From: an uncultured virus (IMG/VR IMGVR_UViG_3300025922_000011)
Lineage: Duplodnaviria; Heunggongvirae; Uroviricota; Caudoviricetes
IMG/VR virus record: IMGVR_UViG_3300025922_000011
Direction: 5' to 3' (one strand)
Length of the DNA stretch: 64,000 bases
Position numbers and translations under genes: made by a program. Below the pieces are notes generated by a model. It did no database searches and had not been told where the DNA came from. It worked only from the letters and a program-made list of their open reading frames with translations. Shown here piece by piece: positions 18,200-26,511 of the stretch. The stretch's first letter is position 1; every line of letters starts with the position of its first letter.

Positions 18200-18610
18200 C
18201 TAGCCTCCGCTCGGCCGCGATTGCTTGTAGCTTCGGTACGCCAGGTAGAGCAGCAGCGCGCCGCCCGCCATGTAGGCCCAGCGCGGCACTTGGTTACTGG
18301 CCGTCGCCGCATCGCGCAGGGCCGTGCCCATCGGTGCGCCGCTTTGCAGGTAGCGCGCGACGTCAGCGGGAGCGTTCGCTGCGATGGCGTTGGTGAGCGA
18401 TGCGGCCGTCGCTTGATCGCTCACGCCCAAGCCCATCAGCGTGTTGTCTTGGAAGTAGCCCTGATGGTACGGCGCGCGAAACCAGCCGGTCTCCCAGTAG
18501 CTCCGCTGCACACCGCCCAAGCCCTGAAGCACTTGGCCTTGGAACGGTGCGTGGAAGTGACTGACGTCGATGTAGCTACGCGCCATGTTCGCCTTTGCGT
18601 TAGCCGCCAA
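18200..18610 (-). CDS. Small membrane protein with two GLG motifs
   Basis: LQGLGG and LMGLGV; C-terminal TM. Confidence 0.75.
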   Translation of the reverse strand: MAANAKANMARSYIDVSHFHAPFQGQVLQGLGGVQRSYWETGWFRAPYHQGYFQDNTLMGLGVSDQATAASLTNAIAANAPADVARYLQSGAPMGTALRDAATASNQVPRWAYMAGGALLLYLAYRSYKQSRPSGG

Positions 18611-19580
18611 TCGCCTTGTGCTTGAAGTAGTAGACCGCGGCGCCCAGGGCGGCCATCAATCCGAGTCCCATCGCCATGCCGGCGGCATTGACCTTCGGTG
18701 CGGGCGTAACGACTACCGGGGAGGGAGCGGGTGCAATTACGGGCATGACCGTTGGAGTGGCCACGGCCACCGGCGCCGTCGTCGTTGCGGCGCAGAGATT
18801 CGGCGCAACCTTGTCGCCCACCGAACAGGTCGGATAGAGATTGTCGCGTTCGGTTTGCGTCAGACCATCGCCGCCGGCATTCGCGATCAGCCACACCTGC
18901 GCCGCAGGTGGCGCCGGTCCTGGTTTACCGTCCACCGCAATCGCACACATGCCGTGCGCGGTCAGGCCCGCGTTGAGTTTGCTCTGTGCGCTCTTGACGA
19001 TCGACGAGTCGTAGCTCGCCTTCTGCAAGGTCGTCACAGCCGTCGTGTAATCGCTCGTCTTAGCGGCTGTGGTGAGCGGAGTCGGTGCGGTCTGCGAGCT
19101 CGTACTGCAGACCTGCCAGACCTCGAAGAACGAAGCGGGTGCCGTCGAGATATCGACCGCAGGCGTATTGCCGAACGCCCACGCGCAGGCGCCGCAAGTC
19201 TTGGCGCCGAGTTTGCCGTCGACGGTCAAGAGCGAGAAGCCGAGCTGCGAGAGGTAGCCGTTGAGCCACTTCTGCGTCTCGGTCACCTTCGAATCGCTGG
19301 TCGTGTTGCCGAACACGACGCCCAAACCCATGACGCCAGCGCCCAGGGGACGCGCAAGCTTGTTCGGTGGCGTGAAAATTCCTAATCCGTGCACAGCGTC
19401 CTCTTTCTGTTTCTTCTTCTTTTTGCGCTCGCGCTCAAGATCGTCTTCGTCGGGCACGATGAACACGGGCACGTAGTTCGGCTCGCTGTAGTACGTCGGG
19501 TACGGATAGTAGCCGCCGTAGTAGCCGCCGCGCGAAAATCCTCCGCCGCCTCCGTGATGATGATGGCCGCCGCCGCCCAT
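18600..19580 (-). CDS. Membrane-anchored protein with two peptidoglycan-binding-like repeats
   Basis: Start ATG 19580 (TAATG overlap); QKWLN...VDGKLGAKT and QSKLN...VDGKPGP; VHGLG and VMGLG; C-terminal TM. Confidence 0.7.
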   Translation of the reverse strand: MGGGGHHHHGGGGGFSRGGYYGGYYPYPTYYSEPNYVPVFIVPDEDDLERERKKKKKQKEDAVHGLGIFTPPNKLARPLGAGVMGLGVVFGNTTSDSKVTETQKWLNGYLSQLGFSLLTVDGKLGAKTCGACAWAFGNTPAVDISTAPASFFEVWQVCSTSSQTAPTPLTTAAKTSDYTTAVTTLQKASYDSSIVKSAQSKLNAGLTAHGMCAIAVDGKPGPAPPAAQVWLIANAGGDGLTQTERDNLYPTCSVGDKVAPNLCAATTTAPVAVATPTVMPVIAPAPSPVVVTPAPKVNAAGMAMGLGLMAALGAAVYYFKHKAIGG

Positions 19581-20527
19581 TAGCGGTGCCCTTTCTTCTT
19601 GTTGAAGTACCAGGCGGCGCCAACGACGGCGAGCGCGCCCACGCCGAAAGCGGCGTAGCGCTTCCAATCCGTGGAGCCGCCCGTCATCGAAGCGGTCATG
19701 GCCGCTTGCTGCTCGGGAGTGAGCTTCGAACTGGTCGTGCTCGATGCGACGTAAGAAGTGGTCGCGCACGGGCCTTTGCTCGGTGCCTTGAAACTCGTGC
19801 ACGTGCTCGGCACCGATAGGCCGAGCGTTTGCCGAGCGCCGCAGGTGGCAGGGCCGAGCTTTCCGTCTACGGTCAGCGGACAGTAGCCGGCGGATTTGAG
19901 CGCCGTGTTCGTGGCCTCTTGCAGCGCCTTGGTGTCGGCGCTGTAGACGCCCCACGGATAGCTCACACCGGTGGTAGCGGCCGCGTAGGCCTTGCAATAA
20001 TGATCGAGGCAACTACTGATCGTGCGCGCGGCCGTGTCCTTGGCACACTCGTCCACCGTGCCCCAATACGCCGGCGGTCCCTCGATCTGCTCCTTCGTGT
20101 AGCTGTAACATTGCTGCTGAGCCGCGGCGAAGTTCCGATCGGAACAATCCTTGAATCCCGTCTGTGACCAGCACTGATACGGGATCTCCGGGTACGGGCT
20201 CGTCGCGCCAAGGCCGAGCGCGCCGATTGCTTTCTTCACACCACCGAAGATGCCGGCGATGGAGTTATCGAAGATGCCGCCGCCGCTGCCACCCGGGCGA
20301 AACACGCCTTCGCCCGTGTTGTAGAGCAGCGCTTCTTTTTCGGCTTCGTAAGGTGCGCCGAGACCATTCATACCGCCACCGCCATTGTAGAGATCGTTGG
20401 GCTTGAACACGCTCTGCGGCGCCCACTGCCACGGCATCCCGAACGCCGGCCGCGTGTAGATCGGTCCGTGAAACCGCGTCGGGTACGGATGCACATGCAG
20501 CGAGTAGGGGTTGGGGACACCGCTCAT
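19580..20527 (-). CDS. Membrane-anchored protein with peptidoglycan-binding-like domain
   Basis: MNGLGA, LGLGA, Cys-rich block, LQ...AGY...VDGKLGPAT, C-terminal TM. Confidence 0.75.
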   Translation of the reverse strand: MSGVPNPYSLHVHPYPTRFHGPIYTRPAFGMPWQWAPQSVFKPNDLYNGGGGMNGLGAPYEAEKEALLYNTGEGVFRPGGSGGGIFDNSIAGIFGGVKKAIGALGLGATSPYPEIPYQCWSQTGFKDCSDRNFAAAQQQCYSYTKEQIEGPPAYWGTVDECAKDTAARTISSCLDHYCKAYAAATTGVSYPWGVYSADTKALQEATNTALKSAGYCPLTVDGKLGPATCGARQTLGLSVPSTCTSFKAPSKGPCATTSYVASSTTSSKLTPEQQAAMTASMTGGSTDWKRYAAFGVGALAVVGAAWYFNKKKGHR

Positions 20528-20877
20528 AATAGGCCCGCCTCTGATGCTGCCTCGAGCGCGAGCTCGGCTTCCGTGACTCGCGCGTAGTTTCGATCAGGAT
20601 CTCCGATGCCGCCGAGAGACGTCAGCACATTGCCTTCTTCATCACGAAGTACGGCGGCATACACTTCTTTAGGCTGGTCCCATTCACCGCCAGATTGATA
20701 CTCTTCCGGGTCCTCCTCCCAATCGACGGTCCACCCTAAAGACTCAGCCAGCATTTCTGCTCGGGCGAGTGCCACGGCGCTCTGCGCACTTTTGCCCACA
20801 ATTGATCCCGCGTGCTTACGGAAGAATTTGTAGCGCCGCTCAAGATCAGGGCTCAGTTTGCTTCGGCTCGCCATCAT
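20524..20877 (-). CDS. Hypothetical protein
   Basis: Start MMASRSK overlaps the upstream stop. Confidence 0.65.
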   Translation of the reverse strand: MMASRSKLSPDLERRYKFFRKHAGSIVGKSAQSAVALARAEMLAESLGWTVDWEEDPEEYQSGGEWDQPKEVYAAVLRDEEGNVLTSLGGIGDPDRNYARVTEAELALEAASEAGLL

Positions 20878-21218
20878 TTCACCATCACGTACAGCGCTTG
20901 GCCCGCAGCGCCGAGCGGTCCGAAGATGCCAGTGAGCGCCGCGCCCGCAACGGCGTAACCGGTGCGCTTGCTCTTGTCGGGCGCCATGGCTGCACCGATG
21001 ACCGCGCCGCACGCCGCACTGATGAGGATGCCGCCGATCACGATCGCCATGCTGTCGGTGTATTCGACCGCGCCCGTGCCGCGTGGCGGCAACCATTCGA
21101 GTCCGCTACCGGGGCCCGTGGTCTTCTCGGTCGGAAAGCTGTGCGAGTTGCCCAGGCCATCGGGTGAACCGTTCAGGCCGAGCAAGCGTTCCACGAAGCT
21201 TTTGGGTTTGACCTTCAC
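20874..21218 (-). CDS. Small membrane protein
   Basis: PDGLGN; two TM helices. Confidence 0.7.
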   Translation of the reverse strand: MKVKPKSFVERLLGLNGSPDGLGNSHSFPTEKTTGPGSGLEWLPPRGTGAVEYTDSMAIVIGGILISAACGAVIGAAMAPDKSKRTGYAVAGAALTGIFGPLGAAGQALYVMVK

Positions 21219-21377
21219 GCATTCACCGCCAGGAAAAGTCCAATGCCTGCACCGAAGAGCATGCCGGTCTTCTCGACGCGCTCCTGATCCGCGCGCTGCA
21301 CCGCTAGCTGCGCGATGAGCCCGGTGAGTAGGCCCATCGAGACCGCGCCCAGGAACGCGTAGCTCAGAAACGGCCGC

Positions 21378-21668
21378 TCAAGCACTGCCGCCTCGATTCT
21401 TGAGCCAGAGCAAAACGCCGACTCCTGCGCCCACACCGGCGAGCGTCACGCTCAGCCGATCGAAGGATTCTTTCTTCGAATAGTCGAAGAAGCGCGTGAA
21501 GGGATCGGGGAAAACCACGCCCGTCAATCCGCCCGCAACGGCGCCGACAATGGCGTAGATGTACCAGGGTTTGGCCGAAGCTACGGGTGCGGCTTCTTGT
21601 CCGAACCCAGCGTTGGCTTGATGGCAGGCGGCGCAGGTGCCGATGCCGGCGTTGGCTTGATAGATCAT
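21378..21668 (-). CDS. Small membrane protein
   Basis: Duplicated QANAG(I/F)G; two TM helices. Confidence 0.65.
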   Translation of the reverse strand: MIYQANAGIGTCAACHQANAGFGQEAAPVASAKPWYIYAIVGAVAGGLTGVVFPDPFTRFFDYSKKESFDRLSVTLAGVGAGVGVLLWLKNRGGSA

Positions 21669-22366
21669 CCTGCGCTCCGCTTCTTACGTGCGAGGTATCC
21701 AGCGATGCCACCGATGGCCGCGCCCACGGCAGCGGCGAGCAGAAGATTCTTGCCTGTGGCGCTCGTGTCGATGGCACCGGTTGCGCTCATGGGTGCCGTG
21801 ATCGGCTCGGCGTGTTGCATCCAGTTGGCGATGGAGACGCGCCGCAGCGGACCCATGCTTGCCGCGCGCATCACCGGCTCGGGTGGCGCATACAAGCCGC
21901 GCTCCAAGAATGCGATCTGCGCAGCGTCATCGAGTGCAACGGCGCCACTCGGTACCGCGCGAATGGGCCGACCCGTTGCGACGTCGCGCACTTCGCTCAT
22001 CGCAAAAGGACGCTCGCGCGCGTGATAGCCCGGCAAGCTGAATCGCTCAGCGAAGACGCCCGCATCGGGATGGATGTTTTTCTCCGTACCGGGCGGATCG
22101 AAGATCCCTGAGCCCTGCACGTCATCGAGCTCGGCGTAGGCGGCTAGCTCGTTCGTTGCCCAGGCGGCCTCGGCGTTGGCGTTCTCATCCTGCACTTGGT
22201 GTTCACTCCCGGCCAAAGAGCGACCGTACATCGCATCGATCCCAGCCTGGTAATAGGGCGCGGTGCCCGAGCTGTAGCGAAGGTCGGGAGGGCCGACTTC
22301 GACCATGCTCGGCAGTTTGCCCCCGGCGTACGGCTGACTCGGGTACGACGGGTAAATAGGGCCCAT
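21665..22366 (-). CDS. Membrane-anchored hypothetical protein
   Basis: Probable start MGPIYP; C-terminal TM plus RKKR. Confidence 0.7.
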   Translation of the reverse strand: MGPIYPSYPSQPYAGGKLPSMVEVGPPDLRYSSGTAPYYQAGIDAMYGRSLAGSEHQVQDENANAEAAWATNELAAYAELDDVQGSGIFDPPGTEKNIHPDAGVFAERFSLPGYHARERPFAMSEVRDVATGRPIRAVPSGAVALDDAAQIAFLERGLYAPPEPVMRAASMGPLRRVSIANWMQHAEPITAPMSATGAIDTSATGKNLLLAAAVGAAIGGIAGYLARKKRSAG

Positions 22367-22566
22367 GGCGCTCAGAGTAGATCGCGGGTGGCGTGAGACC
22401 AAAAAGTCAACGCTTCTTGCGTCGGCCGAACCAAACGCCGAGCGCAAAGCCTGAGCCGACCAAGAGGCTCGCCCACAGGATTGCCCCGGTCGTGAGCTCG
22501 GTGCGCTCGGTGCCGCTCAGGCTCAGCACCACCGCGCCGCGAGGTACCGATTGAGCCGGCGGGAGT

Positions 22567-23241
22567 TCAGACCGCGCAAGAACCGCCATGCGTCCTCCGA
22601 AGGGCATCCCGCGTGCGCCCGAGTTCCGCGAACATTTTCAGTTGACCGTGTAGCCCACTCACAAATCCCGTCTTTTGGAGCTTATCGACGATCCTCACGC
22701 CATCCAGAAAGAGCAGAGCCGTACGCCCACCATGGCGCGTAACCGTGAAATTCATCGCCACTTCGATGCGGTAGCCGTTCCAACAGGACAGCGGGAGCCG
22801 GTCGAGCACCCAACGGCGTAAAATCCGCTCGCCCGTGATGATCGGCCCAGCAACGAGCTGGGCGTAATTGCGCATCGTGCTGTAGTCGCGTAGGCCGCAG
22901 ACCATGTCGTAGCCGCGATTCGATGCGGCCACCATTTGTGCTGCGTGCTCGGGCCTCAAACCAACGAGATCAGCATCAAAAAAGGCTATCCGTGAGCCAT
23001 CTTTTGGTAACGCTGTGATGCCAGATCGCATCCCCCCCCCCTTGCCGCGATTCGGCTTGAGCGAGAGAACGCGTGCGCCTGCGTTTTTGGCCTCTACGGC
23101 GGTGCTGTCCGTGGATCCATCGTCTACGACGGTGACCGAGCGGAAACAGCGCGCCGCACGGAGCGCGCGGACTACCTGACCCACTCGGCCCGCTTCATTG
23201 TGCGCGGGTACAATCGCATCTATGGCCGCTTCGTTGATCAT
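22567..23241 (-). CDS. Glycosyltransferase family 2
   Basis: IVPAHNE, VVDDGSTD, NRGKG, FFDADL motifs. Confidence 0.93.
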   Translation of the reverse strand: MINEAAIDAIVPAHNEAGRVGQVVRALRAARCFRSVTVVDDGSTDSTAVEAKNAGARVLSLKPNRGKGGGMRSGITALPKDGSRIAFFDADLVGLRPEHAAQMVAASNRGYDMVCGLRDYSTMRNYAQLVAGPIITGERILRRWVLDRLPLSCWNGYRIEVAMNFTVTRHGGRTALLFLDGVRIVDKLQKTGFVSGLHGQLKMFAELGRTRDALRRTHGGSCAV

Positions 23242-23498
23242 CGCAGTTGGAGCTTGAGCACCTGAGCCAAATCGACGAGAAATTCCTGGCCTTTGGGCGT
23301 GAGCAGTACGCTCGTTCCGCCTTGCTCCTTTAGGTATGCAGTGATGCGCTCGGGCGGCAGATCGTTGATAACACCCGAGAGAAACATGCCGTATTGCGAA
23401 CGTAGCGACTTGGCCACGCTGCCAACGGACTGCTTTTTATTGAAGGCGTCAGTCAGGCCGTTTTCTATCGCCGAAAGCACGTTTTCGCTGATGTACAT
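23238..23498 (-). CDS. Small helical protein paralogous to the C-terminus of the 28252-30570 protein
   Basis: Start MYISEN; by-eye alignment to the paralog. Confidence 0.65.
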   Translation of the reverse strand: MYISENVLSAIENGLTDAFNKKQSVGSVAKSLRSQYGMFLSGVINDLPPERITAYLKEQGGTSVLLTPKGQEFLVDLAQVLKLQLR

Positions 23499-23514
23499 GG
23501 CTTTCGCTCTCCGT

Positions 23515-24210
23515 TTACGTGGCGGGTTTCTTCTTTTTCTTCCACAAGAGCCACGCACCGCCGACGGCGATGATCCCGGCGACGACGAGCAGGCCTCCGC
23601 GGGAGCTACCGCCCGTGATGCTCGCCTGCGTCGCGGCGGGTGCGGCGGCGGCTTCCGTGTCGGGGAAAAGCGCCTCGGATGCACTCGGCGCGCTGGTCGT
23701 TGTCACCGTCGCGGGTGCCGTCGTCGCTGTTTGGGGTGCCGCGGTGGTGCTCGGGGTAGCCGTGGGAGCGACGCAGGTGCCCGGATCGGCCGGAACGACC
23801 GGTTTGGGCGCCACTGGATAGCAGACCGGCATTTCCGCCACGAAGCACGGCGGGTAGTTGCCCATGTACGTGGGCGAGCTCTGGTAGGCGGCCTGCGCGG
23901 CGGCGGCCGCCGCCTCGGCTGCGGTCAGGCCCAAGCCCTTGATGACGTTCTGCGAGCGGTAGCAATCGAGCGCGGCGGCATCCTTCTGCGCCTTGGTGAT
24001 GCAGCGGGGCGCGGACGACGGGTAGCTCACCTTGTACTTGGTCGACAGACGAGCGATTTCCGAGGAGTAATAAGCCTGGTTACTGGATTGCGTCGCGATC
24101 CAGGTCTGCAGCGCCTTGACCGCGGCATCGTAGCTCGCCTTGGCGGCCAGGCAGGACTTGTAGTCGCTCGTTGCATCGCCCAAACCGTACACGCTTCGCA
24201 CATAACTCAT
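23515..24210 (-). CDS. Membrane-anchored Cys-containing protein with GLG motifs
   Basis: VYGLGD, IKGLGL, Thr/Pro linker, TM plus KKKKK. Confidence 0.75.
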   Translation of the reverse strand: MSYVRSVYGLGDATSDYKSCLAAKASYDAAVKALQTWIATQSSNQAYYSSEIARLSTKYKVSYPSSAPRCITKAQKDAAALDCYRSQNVIKGLGLTAAEAAAAAAQAAYQSSPTYMGNYPPCFVAEMPVCYPVAPKPVVPADPGTCVAPTATPSTTAAPQTATTAPATVTTTSAPSASEALFPDTEAAAAPAATQASITGGSSRGGLLVVAGIIAVGGAWLLWKKKKKPAT

Positions 24211-24220
24211 GGTTTTTTCC

Positions 24221-25720
24221 TCAATCGATCGGATAAATCTGATAGGTCGTCACCCGGCGCAACATCGAGCCTTCGTTGGTGCCTGCGACGGGGTCGAGCA
24301 CGATCCATTGGCCGCTTTTGGGCTCTTTCGCTCGAGCGAATACGTGGCTGTAATGGCCAGGTCGGCCGAAACCAACGATCACGAATTGGGTGTCGCGGCC
24401 AAGCTGGCGGCACAGCGTGCCGATCCACAGAGCTAGATCGTCACACTGGCTTACGGTCACGTCATGCTCAGGCAGGTAAACATGGTGGTCCTCCGTTTGG
24501 ATGTCCCAGCAGGGCACCTGCGCGACTTCTCGGTAGATATGCTTGACTCGCAAACACTTTTCAGCTCGATCGCTATTTCTGCGGCGAGTTGATAGGCGCC
24601 AAATCGGATTGGGTCCAAGGCCGCCGTGATTCTCTAGGTAGCTATACCCGCAAGTGATGCCGAACATCTTGTGCAAGACGCGCATCTGAACCGCTAGCTC
24701 ATAGCTTGTTGTCGTTAAAGTACGCCCTGGTCCACGAGTATTCTGAGAGCTGTCCGCCATTACGCCGCGTAGTGTTTCGGCTGCAGCAGTCTCGTCGAGA
24801 TTGATACTCAAAAGGTGCTTATTTACCGCTGTATGACCCATCTGCTGCATGCGCAGTGCCCACTCTTTGTCGTTGACCGCGATGTATTTTCGGTGCCATC
24901 GCGTGGGTAATCCTAGGCGCTGTGCAATTGCTTCGACATCCCTCTTTTGTTCTTCTTTCGGGCAACCATCCTGACCACTGATCGCAAATCGGCTGTCTTC
25001 TGCCCAACCGTCCGCAACGAAGAGTCCTTCGAGGTACGCACGATCTGGATCCATCGACTCAGTGCCAAATGGAATGCGCTCTGGAGTCGTCAGGATCATG
25101 CCTTCAACGACGTTAGAGACTCGGATGCGCTCTTTCTTGCGCTCCGCTAACGGACACGTCTTTGGGCTGCAGTTGCGGCTACCGTGCTCATGTCGCGAGC
25201 AGGTGAGGACATAGACGTGATGATCTGCAGTGAGCTTCAGATCCGAGCCGTTGTTCAGCCGCAGTACGTCAACCGTGAGTGTTCCCTTGTAGGCTGTCGC
25301 CTCCACCTGAACCCATTTGTCCAAGCCCCAGATCCGTTGACCCGGTTGAAGCTCTTGCACTGGAACCAGACGATGCCCCTCTGCCAAGATGAGCGTATTT
25401 TCCGGGAAACAATCCCCCACTGCGCGATTGTATTGGACAATCTGCTGAGTGATACGCTCCGGATCCTGCACTTGCTCGACGCCCAGAGCATCGTTGGAGT
25501 AGCGGATGTATTCGACGGCAAAGTTACGGATCGCCAAGAGTTCTCCGAGGTAATCCTTGGGCTGCAGATCGCGCACGATGCTGTTTTTGAGCGAGTTGAC
25601 CAGGACGCTCTGCTCGCCCCGCGGCCCCTTGGCCATCGCGATCATCGTGCCGACCGTATCCTGTGGACCCCGGAATGGCCGGATCGTGTGGGGCGGGGAA
25701 TCGGCGAGCGGAGCGGTCAC
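24221..25720 (-). CDS. Transglutaminase-like cysteine protease, intein-containing
   Basis: Removing the intein yields 177 aa with GDCDD, SHVF and W-x-x-LDP (Cys-His-Asp triad). Confidence 0.85.
   Translation of the reverse strand: MTAPLADSPPHTIRPFRGPQDTVGTMIAMAKGPRGEQSVLVNSLKNSIVRDLQPKDYLGELLAIRNFAVEYIRYSNDALGVEQVQDPERITQQIVQYNRAVGDCFPENTLILAEGHRLVPVQELQPGQRIWGLDKWVQVEATAYKGTLTVDVLRLNNGSDLKLTADHHVYVLTCSRHEHGSRNCSPKTCPLAERKKERIRVSNVVEGMILTTPERIPFGTESMDPDRAYLEGLFVADGWAEDSRFAISGQDGCPKEEQKRDVEAIAQRLGLPTRWHRKYIAVNDKEWALRMQQMGHTAVNKHLLSINLDETAAAETLRGVMADSSQNTRGPGRTLTTTSYELAVQMRVLHKMFGITCGYSYLENHGGLGPNPIWRLSTRRRNSDRAEKCLRVKHIYREVAQVPCWDIQTEDHHVYLPEHDVTVSQCDDLALWIGTLCRQLGRDTQFVIVGFGRPGHYSHVFARAKEPKSGQWIVLDPVAGTNEGSMLRRVTTYQIYPID
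24446..25411 (-). mobile_element. Intein (322 aa) with LAGLIDADG homing endonuclease domain
   Basis: Block A CFPENTLI, block B LTADHH, YLEGLFVADG, block F CWDIQTEDHHVYL, ends VTVSQ/C. Confidence 0.92.
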
Positions 25721-25809
25721 ACCGAGGAGGGTAACGGGGAGCGGCCATCGAGCGCAAAAAGTCGGTGCTCATTGACCCACATCCGACCAGGGTCTACCTT
25801 TAGTAGACT

Positions 25810-26037
25810 ATGCGAGTTCAGGGCAAGATCATTCGTGTGGGTGGCACTCAGGCGGTTGCTATCCCGGTCGCGGTAATCCGCGAACTGGGCTGGGAAATCG
25901 GTGATGCGGTTGAGCTTGAGGTCAGCAGCTGCGCGGTCACGATCATCGAACCGTCCAAACACAAGACCATCAAGGAAATCGCCAAGCGCTTGGTGCGTGA
26001 GAACACGGACACCATCAAGTGGCTGGCCGAGCACTGA
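25810..26037 (+). CDS. AbrB/MazE/SpoVT-family antitoxin
   Basis: KIIRVGGTQAVAIP...LGWEIGDAVEL; directly upstream of the toxin. Confidence 0.88.
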   Translation: MRVQGKIIRVGGTQAVAIPVAVIRELGWEIGDAVELEVSSCAVTIIEPSKHKTIKEIAKRLVRENTDTIKWLAEH

Positions 26038-26447
26038 AGCTCGCTGAGCTGCATTACCTGACCGTTGAGGACGTTATGGATGTGCACCAGTGCATCCTGC
26101 TCAGCTTCGACGAGCCCGGTGTGCTTAAGCCCAACGAGCTAGAGGCTGCCGTCATGGCTGCGCAAGCAACCTATGACAGCATGCCGCTCATCGGAACCGT
26201 TGCAGGGACGGCCGCCGCGTACGTGCATTACCTCAACCGCTCGCACGTGTTCGAGGACGGCAACAAGCGCACGGCTCTCTTCGCTGCGATCGCTTTTTTG
26301 GAGTACAACGGCTTCGTCGATGTCATCGACTTTCGTAAGTGGCGCCAAGTGATGATCGAGCACGCGGAGCAGCGTGTGTCGCAGGCGGAGCTCGCTCAGC
26401 TCTTCGCTGAGGCATTGGGCGGCGATCCGATCAAAATCGAGTATTGA
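26019..26447 (+). CDS. doc: Doc (death-on-curing)/Fic family toxin
   Basis: HVFEDGNKRTA motif...FLEYNG. Confidence 0.9.
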   Translation: MAGRALKLAELHYLTVEDVMDVHQCILLSFDEPGVLKPNELEAAVMAAQATYDSMPLIGTVAGTAAAYVHYLNRSHVFEDGNKRTALFAAIAFLEYNGFVDVIDFRKWRQVMIEHAEQRVSQAELAQLFAEALGGDPIKIEY

Positions 26448-26511
26448 TGCGGATCGGACGGTCTCGGCAATCAGCCGAGCTTGAATTCCTCGATCGACCG
26501 GTAGTCTCGGC

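Noticed and set aside
19581..20012. Extended N-terminus of ORF 18600..20012
   Set aside because: Overlaps the gene 19580-20527; the TAATG junction supports a start at 19580
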